DNA of 63,987 nt, filler included, from Circinaria calcarea (taxonomy: Eukaryota), in NCBI GenBank assembly GCA_051942165.1. It is 36 parts of 36 records of this genome, joined end to end, with 100 filler letters (N's around TTAATTAATTAA, not from the genome) between each part and the next. Parts side by side here need not be neighbours in the genome. Positions count along the whole stretch, not along the records: positions 1 to 1,690 come from JAVECS010004339.1; positions 1,791 to 3,479 come from JAVECS010004340.1; positions 3,580 to 5,267 come from JAVECS010004341.1; positions 5,368 to 7,054 come from JAVECS010004342.1; positions 7,155 to 8,840 come from JAVECS010004343.1; positions 8,941 to 10,626 come from JAVECS010004344.1; positions 10,727 to 12,412 come from JAVECS010004345.1; 29 more parts are not named here. The stretch is one strand, 5' to 3'. The position numbers were made by a program, and so were the translations under genes. Positions 1-11,659 of this stretch are shown here, piece by piece (position 1 is the first letter of the stretch; each line of letters opens with the position of its first letter). The notes under the pieces were generated by a model. That model was not told the origin of the DNA. It ran no database searches and was given only the letters and a program-made list of their open reading frames with translations.

Positions 1-426
1 CACGCCCTACCGCCTTTCGCCTCTGGACCGGCCCCTCCAAGGTTACCTGAACACGAGCAGAAACTCTATGAAGAACTCCAACGGTCATCAACAGGCGCTT
101 TCAGTACGCCGAAACCGACAATCGTCATAAACCAATCCCCAGCATCGTCTGAGGCCAAGCGCGCCACGCCCCGAATTAACCAGTCGCCGCACACAGAGAC
201 TCATTTTTCAACGGAAAGTGACCGAGATATAGCTGCGGTGAATGCGAGGGTGCAGGCGACAGGGGACGGTGAAGAGCTACATCCGGATATTCGGAGAGGG
301 GTGCGGCCCGAGTTCGAGGGCGAGAGGAATCCCAAGACGGGGGAGATAGGGGGTCCGAAGAATGAACCGCTAAGGTGGGGTGGCGGCGTCGATTGGAGTT
401 ATAACGGAAGAGTCACAGATTTCTGA
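1..426 (+). CDS. SDH8: Succinate dehydrogenase assembly factor 4 (SDHAF4/Sdh8, DUF1674), 5'-truncated
   Basis: Frame is open from base 1 (PAPPRLPEHEQKLYEELQRSSTGAFS...) and ends NPKTGEIGGPKNEPLRWG..DWSYNGRVTDF, the SDHAF4 signature. Confidence 0.9.
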   Translation, partial: HALPPFASGPAPPRLPEHEQKLYEELQRSSTGAFSTPKPTIVINQSPASSEAKRATPRINQSPHTETHFSTESDRDIAAVNARVQATGDGEELHPDIRRGVRPEFEGERNPKTGEIGGPKNEPLRWGGGVDWSYNGRVTDF

Positions 427-850
427 GGGGCCACGCCATCTATGAGATGGTTCTCTACTTTGAGGCAGCGTTCAGCCTACAAGTCCTCATTGCATGGTGT
501 GGCGTTAGTGGTGCAACTCCAGGAATTCGATTTGCGCTTGGGAGTCTATCATACAAGTCTCAAGTGTATGGCATGTGTCGAAGACATTAATTCCCTCCAA
601 CATTAAAGTGTTCTATCTGCTCTGTAAACATGTGAAGCAGTTCTCACAGTGTACATTGGTGGAATTGATTTCGGCAGTGAAAGATAAGATTAGATCCTGC
701 ACGGATCTATTGTTCTGGCGGGGTGGGGGGGGAACAAATCCAGCCCTACAGATTATTCACGAGTTGTTCATATGTTAAGTGTATTTTCTAGTTTGTGGTT
801 TTTTTGGCCTTCGCTTTCTCGTCAATAAATCCACGCAACTCTAGTTCATT

Positions 851-1690
851 ATGGAAGGCATCAAGAGAACATTTGCGCGATGCAAAAAGGAGAAGCGCTC
901 GGCCTTTGTCACCTATGTGACTGCCGGATACCCTACCACAGCGGAGACCATTGACATCCTGCTTGGAATGGAAGCAGGTGGTGCTGGTAATAATCTCCAA
1001 TGTCAGAGATTCCCTGTTTGAGTTAATTGTCTTCAAGATCTCATCGAACTCGGCCTACCTTTCACAGATCCAATTGCAGATGGACCAACAATACAGAAAG
1101 CAAACACACAGGCATTGAAAAACGGTGTCACGGTTGAATCTACACTAGAAGTAGTTAGAGAAGCACGGCGACGAGGCCTGAAAGCACCAATACTGTTAAT
1201 GGGATACTACAATCCTTTACTTAGCTACGGCGAGGAAAGAATTCTCAAAGATGCCAAGGAGGCAGGTGTTAACGGATTCATTGTGGTGGATCTACCACCG
1301 GAAGAAGCCGTAAGATTCAGAAACTTCTGTACGAAGGGAGGGTAAGGCTTGGGGGATCAAGGATATTTGGATTAATGCTAACTCATAATGACCCTAGACT
1401 ATCGTACGTGCCACTGATAGCGCCTGCAACAACCGAACCACGCATGAAGCTGTTATGCAAAATTGCAGACTCATTCATATATGTTGTCTCACGGATGGGG
1501 GTTACAGGCGCCACGGGAACAATGGCCGGGGGCCTTCCAGAGCTCCTTGAGCGAGTTCACAGGTACTCAAATAATGTGCCTGCAGCAGTAGGCTTCGGTG
1601 TTAGTACCCGCGAGCATTTTCTTAGCGTCGAGAGCATAGCCGAAGGAGTCGTGATTGGAAGTCAAATTATTACAACTTTGGCCAATGCAC
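851..1690 (+). CDS. TRP5: Tryptophan synthase (fungal alpha-beta fusion), alpha domain, 3'-truncated
   Basis: ATG 851 [18 protein letters not shown]; introns about 987-1037 and 1342-1397; motifs [42 protein letters not shown]. Confidence 0.95.
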
Positions 1691-1790
1691 NNNNNNNNNN
1701 NNNNNNNNNNNNNNNNNNNNNNNNNNNNNNNNNNTTAATTAATTAANNNNNNNNNNNNNNNNNNNNNNNNNNNNNNNNNNNNNNNNNNNN
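1691..1790. other. Artificial contig spacer (44 N + TTAATTAATTAA + 44 N); first of 35, recurring about every 1.78 kb up to 62216-62315
   Basis: Identical 100-bp unit between all contigs; the palindrome gives stops in six frames; flanking genes are cut mid-frame. Confidence 0.99.
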
Positions 1791-2900
1791 CTGTAAGTAC
1801 AGTCAAATACACCTGGCAAATGCGCCATAAACGCTCTGAGGATCAAACAAGTATGCCTCGATCCGGTCAACCTCAAAAACTGTCTGTAAGGGGTAGACGC
1901 AGGCTATATCGAAGTGTACGCAAGACCCCACGCGTAACCCTTCGACAATTACGCGATGAATTTCCTCCGATTTCGACGCGTACAATCAAGCGACAACTCA
2001 AATGGTTTGATAAACATTTTCACAAATACCGCTGCAAGAAAAAGCCTCGGGTTACAAAATTGAATGCAAGCAAGAGGAAGGCATACAGTATACTGCATTT
2101 AGAGGATTCAGAAGAGGTCCTGCGCAAGAAATGGTTCGGTGATGCTTGCTCCGTTGAGCTCGGTAGTGGACAACAACAGGCATGGGTCTGGCGTCATCTT
2201 GGTGAGGGTTGGCTACCTGAAATGATAGACGCTCGACCCCCGAAGGGTATTACAGTAATGGTCTACGCTTTCATCAGTGGAGAAGGTGTCTCCGACCTTC
2301 TTTTTCCTCAGGGGGACCCTGACTCTGTAAGAGGTGGAATAACGTCAAGATCACTTTGCGATATACTCGAGGAGGGTCTCCCTGAGGAAGTCTGGAGCGG
2401 AGAATCAGTATTAGTATGGGATAACGCATCTATCCATACTAGTCACTACACCAAAGACTGGTTGCAGGAATATGGGGTCACTGTTGAACTCCTCCCTCCT
2501 TATTCGCCTGATCTTAACATCATTGAGAACCTGTGGTATCGCCTGAAGGAGGAGACACACCGAATCCATCCAGAATTACTTACTATAGGGGGTTCTAAAG
2601 ACACAAAGAAAGCTGCATTGAAAGCTGTAATGCTCGAAGCGTGGGAGATAGTAAGAATGGACGTTGAATTAATCGGGGCTTTGGTTGCAAGTATCAAGGA
2701 TCGATACCGCGCCTGTAGAGATGTCGACGGTCTACAGACTACATATTAACTGATGTTATAGAGGTACCAAAGGACTATATCCCTATCTAATTTGTATGTA
2801 AAAATGTCAAAGGGTACCTCAGTTAGCATCTTTGCGACAGGATGGGTTTGTGACGGGGTGCCAAGGTCGAGGATGGCTAAAAACTAATGGCCTAGTACTG
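1791..2900 (+). mobile_element. Tc1/mariner DNA transposon, left end missing; DD34E transposase ORF to 2749; candidate right TIR ending 2900 followed by TA
   Basis: HTH region STVKYT..PRSGQP; catalytic WFGD, WDNASIH, YSPDLNIIE with 34 residues between the second D and the E. The reverse complement of the end reads TA|CAGTACTAGGCCATTAG, which is Tc1-like. Confidence 0.88.
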
Positions 2901-3128
2901 TACTTCATTGTTTCCCGGTGACGGCTTGCAGCCAGTTTATAACACTTCCTGCGATTGACCCTTATGTCGGCAGCCGTCTTCCAGAGCCAATTCCTCGAGT
3001 ATTGACCGTCATAATATCGGCTGGTCAGCTCGGCCATCTTAGCAACGTTCTTTCCGCTCTTGGTGCATCAAGCTCCAGAGTGTGTACTTGTAGGTGTCAA
3101 CGTTTATTCTTTTATATGCCCCGAGTGT

Positions 3129-3479
3129 CTATTCGAGCATTCGTGATGTTTTTATAAAATTCCAGGATCTTCTTGGTCGCCCCTTATATCCGGCTTCCAC
3201 TTCTCTGTCTCCATCATTATCACTGACATATTCACCGTCGTATCCTCGTTGATCTGATCATGCTCCTAAGAAGTGTGCGTGGTCGCCCCAATCGTGGCTG
3301 GTGAGTTGGTTGCAATTCGTTCCGTATTGTGATCCACCGTGGGCAGCGAAACAGAAAATGCCGAACTATCTCCGCCTCTCGACCACACTGACACATTTCA
3401 GACTCGACCGCGTTAATCCGGGCGAGATAATGATTAACCGACACTTTCCCGTTCGGAGTTGTGCCAGCATGCTGGCCTC
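3129..3479 (-). pseudogene. Degenerate non-LTR retrotransposon (Tad1-like LINE) ORF2 C-terminus
   Basis: AQLRTGKCRL/NHYLARI..CQCG...VRHFLFRCPRW (CCHC knuckle) and EKWKPDIRATKKILEF, interrupted by frameshifts. Confidence 0.8.
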
Positions 3480-3579
3480 NNNNNNNNNNNNNNNNNNNNN
3501 NNNNNNNNNNNNNNNNNNNNNNNTTAATTAATTAANNNNNNNNNNNNNNNNNNNNNNNNNNNNNNNNNNNNNNNNNNNN

Positions 3580-3859
3580 GGTAGAGGGGGGAGGGGGGTA
3601 GGTTTTTATGCGTTTGGGTGCTAGTGTTGAGAGGATTAGTTTGGTGTTGAGAAGAGTATGATAAAGAGGAAATTGCAGATATACCAATAATAGATGTACC
3701 TGTGACGCCCGGGGGTAATCGAGGTGGAGGCGGTGGAGGTGTTCTGTAACTCGATGTGACCGTTGAGAGAGGGCGGTGGATGCAGTGTCGCGGTTTTGAT
3801 TTTCTAATGAGCAATCTACAGCAGCTCAATGGTCGTAAGGTAGACGCTGAAGACGCCAT
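3580..3859 (-). CDS. N-terminus of an unidentified, probably mitochondrial protein (3'-truncated)
   Basis: ATG 3859; S/R/L-rich presequence-like start lacking acidic residues; probable GTACAT intron donor near 3699; divergent from the next gene. Confidence 0.45.
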
Positions 3860-4070
3860 CGCTGATGTACTTGTTGCTGCATACGAGTATGAGATGTTGT
3901 CAATGAAAGACTAGGGAACTTGAAGATCTTCGCTAAATTCCCGTCGACGCCAGACAGCTTCAAAATAGTATGACTACAGTTCCAGAGGAATCCACCAATC
4001 TTGCTCCCATCATGAGCGTAAAGTTTTGCTAAATCACTAGACTCTTCTCTCATCATTCAATTCAGTCACA

Positions 4071-5263
4071 ATGCCCTCTCCTTCTCCATCTCTCACCTAT
4101 TGCACCCGCCTCTCCCTCCGCAGCTCCTCCAGCAATATCCCTCTCTCCCGCTCCTTTTCACAAACCAGCGCCCGCCGAAAACATGGTCAGTCCTCATCTT
4201 CTCTTTTCTCGTCACACAATGCCGAAACCAACCACACTTAGGCTCCCTCCCCACTTTCCCCCCAACATCCTCCCCAGACCTCGACAACCTTCTCTCTACT
4301 CTCCGCAACAACATCTTCCTCCCCTCCCACCTCATCCGCCCCCATCGCCAACTCATATACCGCAAAACCCTGCACCGCTACCTTCTCGGCGAAGACCCCG
4401 TCTCTATTACTCTCGCCGGCGAAAAGCATACCCTAACCCCGCTCGACCATCTCGTCGATGAACCCGGCACTACAAAAAGCTTTCATCAAGTGATGGATTT
4501 GCTCAAGGAGAAGAAAGATTACGACATTTTGCCAGGGCTATTGGAAGGATATAAGAAGAGCGGCCGGGTTTTGCGAAAGGGTATGGCGGAGAAGATGATC
4601 CGGAGAGCCACGGAGGCGGGGAGAGGGGGCGTGGTAATGGAGTGCTTGCGGAGGGTGGAAAAAACAGGGGTGAGACTGGACGACGTCGCAGTAGCGCGAG
4701 AGGCCATGTGGGTGGCTGTCCAGCAAGCTGTCCAGAGCGAATGGAGCGAACTAGGATTAGAAAAAGCCTTGAAATTCGCCGAAGGCGTCCTGGACCTCCT
4801 TGAAGACACCAGACACATGCCCCCGAAACACGTCGCCCCAAGTGACGACCCACTTTTCAAGCCCGAAATCGTCGGCGTAGCTCTCGACCTCTCTGCCACC
4901 CTCGCCACCAAATTCCCCTCCAGCACGCCTTCCCACGCCAAGAAATTAGGCCAATACGCCAAACGCATATCCACCCTCTGGCCCAACGCTGACCTCCATA
5001 TCGACCCCGAGAACTGGAACGACGCAAACTACAAACTCCTGATGTGGCTGCCCGTCTGGCACGGTCTGAAGGTGGCGAATCGGCTGCCTGAGAAGTCGCC
5101 GGAGGTGCGGCAGCTGACTGGGGTGCCTCTACAGCAGGTGGGGCAGGCAGTTGAGAGGGCGAGGGATGTGGTGCTAGCGCATGGGAGGGAAGAAGGGGAA
5201 CGGGAAGGGATGAGGAGGGGATTGAAGCTGTATGGGGAGTTGGCGGGGGCGCTGACGAGGTAG
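4071..5263 (+). CDS. Hypothetical helical protein with mitochondrial-type presequence
   Basis: ATG 4071 MPSPSPSLTYCTRLSLRSSS..SFSQTSARRKHG; a 56-nt intron at 4186-4241 joins in frame to the long ORF ending 5263. Confidence 0.7.
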
Positions 5264-5367
5264 ACAGNNNNNNNNNNNNNNNNNNNNNNNNNNNNNNNNN
5301 NNNNNNNNNNNTTAATTAATTAANNNNNNNNNNNNNNNNNNNNNNNNNNNNNNNNNNNNNNNNNNNN

Positions 5368-5837
5368 GATTCCTTGAGAATCTTGCGGAAAGGCTCCCGG
5401 CTACTGGCATACTCTGCGGGCAGCAATGGATAATCAACAATGTTCCCGGCCCACTCGGAAGGGATGAAACGTTTGCATCCTTTGGATTTCAAACAGGCAT
5501 GGAGAAGCGCGCAGTGGATATCGACGTAACGATCCGTAGGGCAGTTGATCAGGGAGATGAGGGTATTGGCATTTGTGAGATTGAGAATTGACAGTAAGGA
5601 ATCTTCGCTGTAATCGCTCAAGTGGATGTCAGCTTTCCGATCCTCAAGCCATGGAGCTCTCTATGGTAAATGATGGGTTAGTGCTATTCTTAAACCTGGT
5701 GGTAAAGGGATTGGTTTCCTTACTTGTCTCGAGATGACGACGACGTTAAAGCGGTTATCCGCTGTCAGCTCTTCATATATATACTTGCCGAGACTGCCAA
5801 CCCCAGCAAGTGCAATGGTTTGCGGTGTGCTCGACAT
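5368..5837 (-). CDS. NmrA-like / isoflavone-reductase-like NAD(P)-binding protein, 3'-truncated
   Basis: ATG 5837 MSSTPQTIALAGVGSLGKYI (Rossmann GxGxxG); intron about 5663-5723; then CKRFIPSEWAG. Confidence 0.85.
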
Positions 5838-6134
5838 AATCCCTTAAACAAGTAAAAAGGTAAGGAAAGGAGAAGACTTAAGACGACCCCGACGATGAGA
5901 AAATGAGAATAGCAAACATCCAGTGGAATGAAAGGTACTTTAAGGTAATATTCCATTCCCATGCGGCCCAAGGGCCCCACACGTTGAAGCGAATTCCCGA
6001 CCACATTAGCTTTGCATTAGTATAGTTGAACGGGAAATGTGACATTTGTGCTGTGTCCAGTACCACTTCATTTCTATGTTTCCAAGCCGTACGCCGATGT
6101 CTCAATGTCACCTATATACTCTATATCCATGTCG

Positions 6135-7054
6135 TCACTCTAAGACTTCAGTTCCATGCCACCTCTTCAATGCGCCGGCGCCAACGAGTGCACTTGCAAA
6201 AAGCCCAGCACACAACCAAAACGGTAATCCAATTGGCAGAATCTCACTCTTCAGCACCAAGCTAAATATGATTGACCACAGCGGTGCTCCGACAAGGCCA
6301 GCGATGGTCTGCACAAGCCCAAGGCGCAAGTACAGCTCCGTAATCTGCTCTCCTGGCGGCATACTGAGCGTGCCGTATGCGTACAACGAGTCCACCAGCC
6401 CGGTACCACTTGTAAAAACACAGAGCGAGAGGATGAACAGCCCCGCAGAGGCGGAAAACCCGAGTCCTACCATCCCGATCAGGTTTGCAACGAGCGATGC
6501 TTGCGTGATGAGGAGATCAATGCGCGGAGTACTCATCCGAGGTTCTAAGAATAGCTTGCGGACGGTTGGGAGAAAGAAAAGCACAAGCGCCGAGACAAGA
6601 GCTTTCAGAGCTAGGGCGGCGTTGACGGTTGCGAAAGTCCATTCTAGGACGAGAGAGGTGTATTGGGGCAAGAGAACTTGGCCATTCATTGCGAGACCAT
6701 TGATGAGAATAATCAAGACGACAGTGAGAGTGGGATTAGGTGTTTGGAAAAGTCTCCAGAGAGAGTGATAGGAGGCCTGCCAGGAGTGGAGAAGGACTTG
6801 GAGAAGGGAATGCTAGTAGCGAATTAGCTAGTTTCTCTGGAAATAGGGATTTTTATCATAGTGTTACTTGTTTACTGGCTTCAGAAGAATCTCTTTGCCA
6901 TCGAGTCGGTGACGATGGCAAGGAGTGATCTTCTTCAATCGGGGATAGAATAGGAGTCAGGTCCTCGATGGATTTTAGATCTCGGCCGCAATGGGGCGGA
7001 ATGAACAGTGCAATCCATGCAGTGAGAGCAAAGCATGCTATTGAAAGGGCGTTG
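6135..7054 (-). CDS. Major facilitator superfamily transporter, C-terminal half (5'-truncated)
   Basis: Multiple hydrophobic helices, QTIAGLVGAPLWS, GLPFWLCAGLF; intron about 6813-6868; upstream exon open to the contig edge. Confidence 0.8.
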
Positions 7055-7154
7055 NNNNNNNNNNNNNNNNNNNNNNNNNNNNNNNNNNNNNNNNNNNNTT
7101 AATTAATTAANNNNNNNNNNNNNNNNNNNNNNNNNNNNNNNNNNNNNNNNNNNN

Positions 7155-7542
7155 TGAAACAGACATGGACGCCGATCTCGCGGAAGCTATCAGGCTGAGT
7201 TTACAAGACGCGGGAGCAGCTGCATCCAGTCACTCGGAGCCCTTTGAAGCTCCCCTGGACTTTTCGGTCAAGTACGCCAAGAGGCGCAAGTCGCCCTCCG
7301 GCTCTCCGCCACCGGCTGCCGCTGTTGTTCTCCTGGGCGGAAGCAGCCGCGAGGTCGAAGTCGCCGATTTGGACTTTGCGCTCCAGCTCAGTTTGGCCGA
7401 GGAGAAGAGCCGGATGGATTCGGGTCCGCTGGATGAGGATGCCGACTTTCCCGTTCTGGCTAAGGCGCAGCCTAGTCCGCCTCTTTCCGGTAAGGGTAAG
7501 GGAAAGGGGAAGGGGAAGGGAGAGAAGAGGCGGTCGGCGTGA
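7155..7542 (+). CDS. C-terminus of a protein with two ubiquitin-interacting motifs (possibly F-box/WD type)
   Basis: DADLAEAIRLSLQD and ADLDFALQLSLAEE match the UIM pattern; basic KGKGK tail. Confidence 0.65.
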
Positions 7543-8253
7543 GGATGGAAAGGGAAGAAAGCAAGGTCGGAAGATTCGGTCGTTGGTCGTGAGATTGGAA
7601 AAAAAGGCAAGGGGAAAGAGAAAGAGAATGGGAAGAGCAAGAGGGAGAAGGGGTCGTTGGGAAGATTATAATAGAAAGTTGTTTCCTTTGGTTTTTTTTT
7701 TTAAAAAAAAGAAGAAAAAAAAAGGGTCTCTTAATCTGTTCGATCACTCACAGGGGGGGTATCTGCACCTGTTTCAAAATCGTTTTTGGAATCGTTTGAA
7801 ATTCGGTGATCCTTGCGGGGTGTTTTTTTCTTGTTTTCTGCGTTCTTCCTTACTTCCCACTCCACTCCACTCCACTCCACTCCACTCCGCTCCCCTCGGC
7901 CCCGGGGGGGGGGCTTACTTTAAATTCGATTTTTAATTTCCCAAAAAACAAAGTGGAATTCTCACGATAGATAGAATAGATAGATAAGCAACATTTAGGA
8001 GGACTTTTTTCATTCAAGGTCTTATTCTCCTCTCCTTTACTTTGTACAGAAAACAGAAAAGAGAAAAGAAGTGGATATAAATACATACATACGTGAACCC
8101 CGGAAAACAGACACAAACAAATAAACACGAAACTCATACAATGTGCCTTTTACAATCCCCTTATCCAAAACCTGCCCCCCCTCCTTCCCTAAATCCCTCT
8201 TCCTATCCTTAGCCCTCCCTCCCTCTAACTCTAACCTAACCTAACACACCAAC

Positions 8254-8805
8254 TCACTTAAAATCGGCCTTCTCCTCCGCACTCGCCCGCGCCTCGTGGC
8301 CCTTCATCTTCTCCCGCTCCCCCTCGGCACTCCGAATCACCACGCTCCCGTCCGCCATGCCAAAGTAGGCCGCCACGGGCTTCTGGCCGCCCGTCTTCAA
8401 GCCCCGCTCCGCCGCTTGCTCGCCGTTGCAGCCGACGAAGAGGCCGACGCTCAGGACGCCCTCGAGCAGTTTGATCTCGCGCGCGAGCGTCTCGACTTCC
8501 CATTTGCCGCTGGCGTCTCCCTGGTCCTTTGGTCCGTCCGCCGAGGAAGAAGAAGAACGAAAAGAGGAATGGGAGGCCTCGATGTCGCGCGCGAGCAGGA
8601 GGGTGGGAAAGGGGGCATCGACGATGAAGTTGTCCTGGTCGGTTTTGATCGGGCTGGTTTTGGACGAGGGGCCCGAGCGAACTTGGGGGTCGGGGGAGCC
8701 GAGGGCGCGCAGGGAGGCGAGGACGGTGGAGAGAGCGAGGGGTTCGACTTCGATGGGGACGCTGGGCCAGTGGGTAAGGAGGCGAGGTTGGAGTTTGCGG
8801 TGGTC
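8254..8805 (-). CDS. RKI1: Ribose-5-phosphate isomerase A, last exon (absent from ORF track)
   Basis: Manual translation DHRKLQPRLLTHWPSVPIEVEP..PIKTDQDNFIVDAPF..EGVLSVGLF..QKPVAAYFGMADGSV..ADFK*; acceptor preceded by a CTAAAC-like branch site. Confidence 0.9.
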   Translation of the reverse strand, partial: DHRKLQPRLLTHWPSVPIEVEPLALSTVLASLRALGSPDPQVRSGPSSKTSPIKTDQDNFIVDAPFPTLLLARDIEASHSSFRSSSSSADGPKDQGDASGKWEVETLAREIKLLEGVLSVGLFVGCNGEQAAERGLKTGGQKPVAAYFGMADGSVVIRSAEGEREKMKGHEARASAEEKADFK

Positions 8806-9281
8806 TGTTTAGAGTTTAGGTTTTCCGGGGAGGGAAAGGGNNNNNNNNNNNNNNNNNNNNNNNNNNNNNNNNNNNNNNNNNNNNTTAATTAATTAANNNN
8901 NNNNNNNNNNNNNNNNNNNNNNNNNNNNNNNNNNNNNNNNCCGCCGAGCTCCCGGGGCGAATTGCTCACGTACACGCCACGTACACCCTTCCCCGGGGCA
9001 ACTTTCGGCCTGGGGCTAAAACCAACAAAATAAAATAGAACTCCTGTTTTGTTATCCGATCCGGTTTTTACATTTGCCAAAAAAAAATTCCGATTCGAAC
9101 TTGCAATATATATACATATTATATATTCCCCGAGATGGGGTTGAGCCTAATCCGTTTTTAATATAAAAAGAGAGTAAGACCGCTTTAAAAAGGAGCAGCG
9201 AGAGAACAGCCGGGGAACATAAGGGAGTAAGGTTAGAGCACGAGGGAGTAGAGAAAGAACATAAGAAAGCGCGGGGGAAAC

Positions 9282-9501
9282 TGTAAGGATCCTCTACGAA
9301 TAGTATAGTGATCTTACGAACAAGGGTCGATAAACTGTGTGATAATGTGCTCAATTGGTTCGTATAGCGTATAAATTATTGCTAAAGAATTCTGGTGTAA
9401 CGCTTCGCGAGGAAAACCTTTCTCGTTAAGCCAACATCTCGTGACCTCGGTGTATAGTTCACCTGTAGGGTTCGTAGAGGTTCTCGGGTAGAGCCCTTAC
9501 A
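9282..9501 (+). mobile_element. 220-bp LTR (TGTAAGG...CCTTACA), probably a 3' LTR preceded by a purine-rich tract
   Basis: Inverted termini TGTAAGG(AT)CCTCTAC / GTAGAGCCCTTACA; purine-rich run immediately upstream; no TSD; TpA-rich surroundings. Confidence 0.65.
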
Positions 9502-9701
9502 GACGGATAAGTTATTTATATAATACTGGTGCTCCTGAATGATCCCAATACTCCCTAGGATCCTTGGGAGCCACCGAGAGTATAGCACGTGACGTACTCC
9601 CACTGCTCCCTGCCAAGTCCTGGGAGCACCTAGAAGCGCTCGGCTCCTGGTTCCTCCGTTCCGGCACTCGGCCTGCCAGGGTATGGCGTCGCGCCATAAT
9701 A
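9502..9701 (-). mobile_element. Partial LTR related to the solo LTR at 17329, interrupted by the 9282-9501 LTR
   Basis: Reverse strand starts TATTATGGCGCGACGCCATAC...GGAACGGAG, versus TGTTATGGCGCTACGCCATAC...GGAACGGAG at 17329. Confidence 0.6.
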
Positions 9702-9930
9702 CTTATAGTGAATATCAAATTCTATAATAAAATTGAATAACTTTCGAACATATATTTATTTTTTACTTTGTAACCCCCCCGATTGGCTAGAATTAAGGTT
9801 TAGTAGTGCCCGAAACCCCCTGTAGCGTGCACGGGCCATGGCTGCCAGAGTTGACGGTTTAAGGGATACCCGACAATCGTCTGTCCATCACTGAAAATCC
9901 TCAAGCCACCGCATCTTCTTCTGCTCGAGA

Positions 9931-10626
9931 ATGGCCCAACCCAGTATCACAGTCTATCGTGGCTTCCAAGGCTCAGGAGCCTACGTTTGGTCCCCGTTCG
10001 TGACCAAACTCGAAGCCCGCTTACGATTCGGGGGTCTTACCTACCGTACCGAGCCTGGGTCGGTACCTAGGGCTCCCAGGGGCAAGATCCCTTACATTGC
10101 CATATCCCAAACAGAGCCTGGTAGCCAGACTCCCGTCTCTTCCACAATTGTCGCCGACTCTTCGCTCATCAGCCAGAAGCTAGCGGAGGACGGCCTGGTG
10201 ACTGATCTCAATGCTAAACTCTCCCCGGCGGAAAAGGCCCAAGATCTGGCACTTCGGGCTCTATTGGAAGACAAACTTTATTTTTATCAAGTGAGTTGAC
10301 CGGTTCCTCGCTATGGTTGTAAAGGGGTTTGATTGGTGTTCAAATCAAAGACCGCTGGTTGACTTTCCTGCCTCCAGAATTACGAACGCTGGGTTGAGAA
10401 TTACTACACCATGCGGTCCAGTGTTCTCTGGGCGCTGCCGTATCCTGTTCAGATAGTCGTGGGTCTGCTCGCCTACCGCAAGATGACCCAGACGCTATAT
10501 GGTCAGGGTACTATGCGTTTCTCCACAGAAGAGATCAGCTCGTTCAGGAAGCAGATTTGGGAGAACCTGAATGCACTACTTATTGCGTCCAGATGTAAAA
10601 AGAAAGAGACTGGTACCGGTAGCGCA
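9931..10626 (+). CDS. Glutathione S-transferase-like protein (failed axon connections/metaxin type), 3'-truncated
   Basis: YVWSPFVTKLEARLRF, APRGKIPYI, ADSSLI, ALLEDKLYFY; intron about 10291-10378. Confidence 0.85.
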
Positions 10627-11659
10627 NNNNNNNNNNNNNNNNNNNNNNNNNNNNNNNNNNNNNNNNNNNNTTAATTAATTAANNNNNNNNNNNNNNNNNN
10701 NNNNNNNNNNNNNNNNNNNNNNNNNNCGTACTATGCCGGAGTAATGAGGACCATTCCAGTGATTCCGCGGTCTTGGCTGCGAAACGTCGAAGAGCTCAGA
10801 TGTTCGGCTTCAGTAACTTCCAGGCCCCGAAAGACTGGTGATTCTTTAGGCAGGAATTTCAATCCAGTGGTGGCGAAATCTTCAATTTGTTACTTTGGCC
10901 ATGAACGAAATGAAAAGCGATGTCTGCCTCGACTACTATTGGGTATTTGACCACGGGATCTTTTATTCACAACTCGACGGGAGTTAATGACATCACACAC
11001 ACTCTTTGCCTTCCTTGGATGCTGAGGATATTCTGGCGTGTACTGCATTTGTGTGTTACGAGCGAGATGAGCGGGTGTCTGCTTACTGCACATAGCGTCA
11101 GGAATTCATCTTCGGGGGATCTCTTACTGTCATGTGCTTTATGATACCACAATAAGCGTGCGCGGGTGAATGTTTACTACGTTTTGAGATAGGCAATCTC
11201 TAATAACTGAATCGTCCCATGGAAGTGTTTGGATGATAGGATAGAAGAAAGTTTAATGGACAGTTTTCTTAACGGAAGCGAGCTGCGTCTTAAGTTCAGG
11301 TGCTACATCTTCGAGCGGGTTATCTGTCCTCTCTTGGTTTTGGGCTGCTAGATGCCCAAGATGGGACTGTAACAATGCTAGTGAATGAATTAAGTACTTG
11401 GTACGGATAATTATATTGCTGTCATCTGGGAAAAATGCCGTGGTCGTGGAAATGCCGTCATCACCATCACGACTCAGGCATGAGGAGCCAGGCGATGTAA
11501 ATGTATTGCCCTTGAAGCGTGCTGTTGCGTTTACTTTGGTTGGACTCGAGTTACGCAATAGCCGCTTGTTCAATACAACGCCTCTGATGTTCGTGGAGTT
11601 ACAGCTAGACACGTTCTGTACATGATCTTACCGGCTGTCACAGCAGCCTCATTCTCGGG

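Noticed and set aside
8296..8892. Plus-strand ORFs of 198 and 128 aa
   Set aside because: They are antisense shadows of the GC-rich RKI1 exon; the same applies to most overlapping short ORFs in the track.
10727..11625. Short ORFs downstream of RSM26 (and similar ones at 20110-21145)
   Set aside because: Frequent stops and no recognisable family; could be decayed genes but unsupported.
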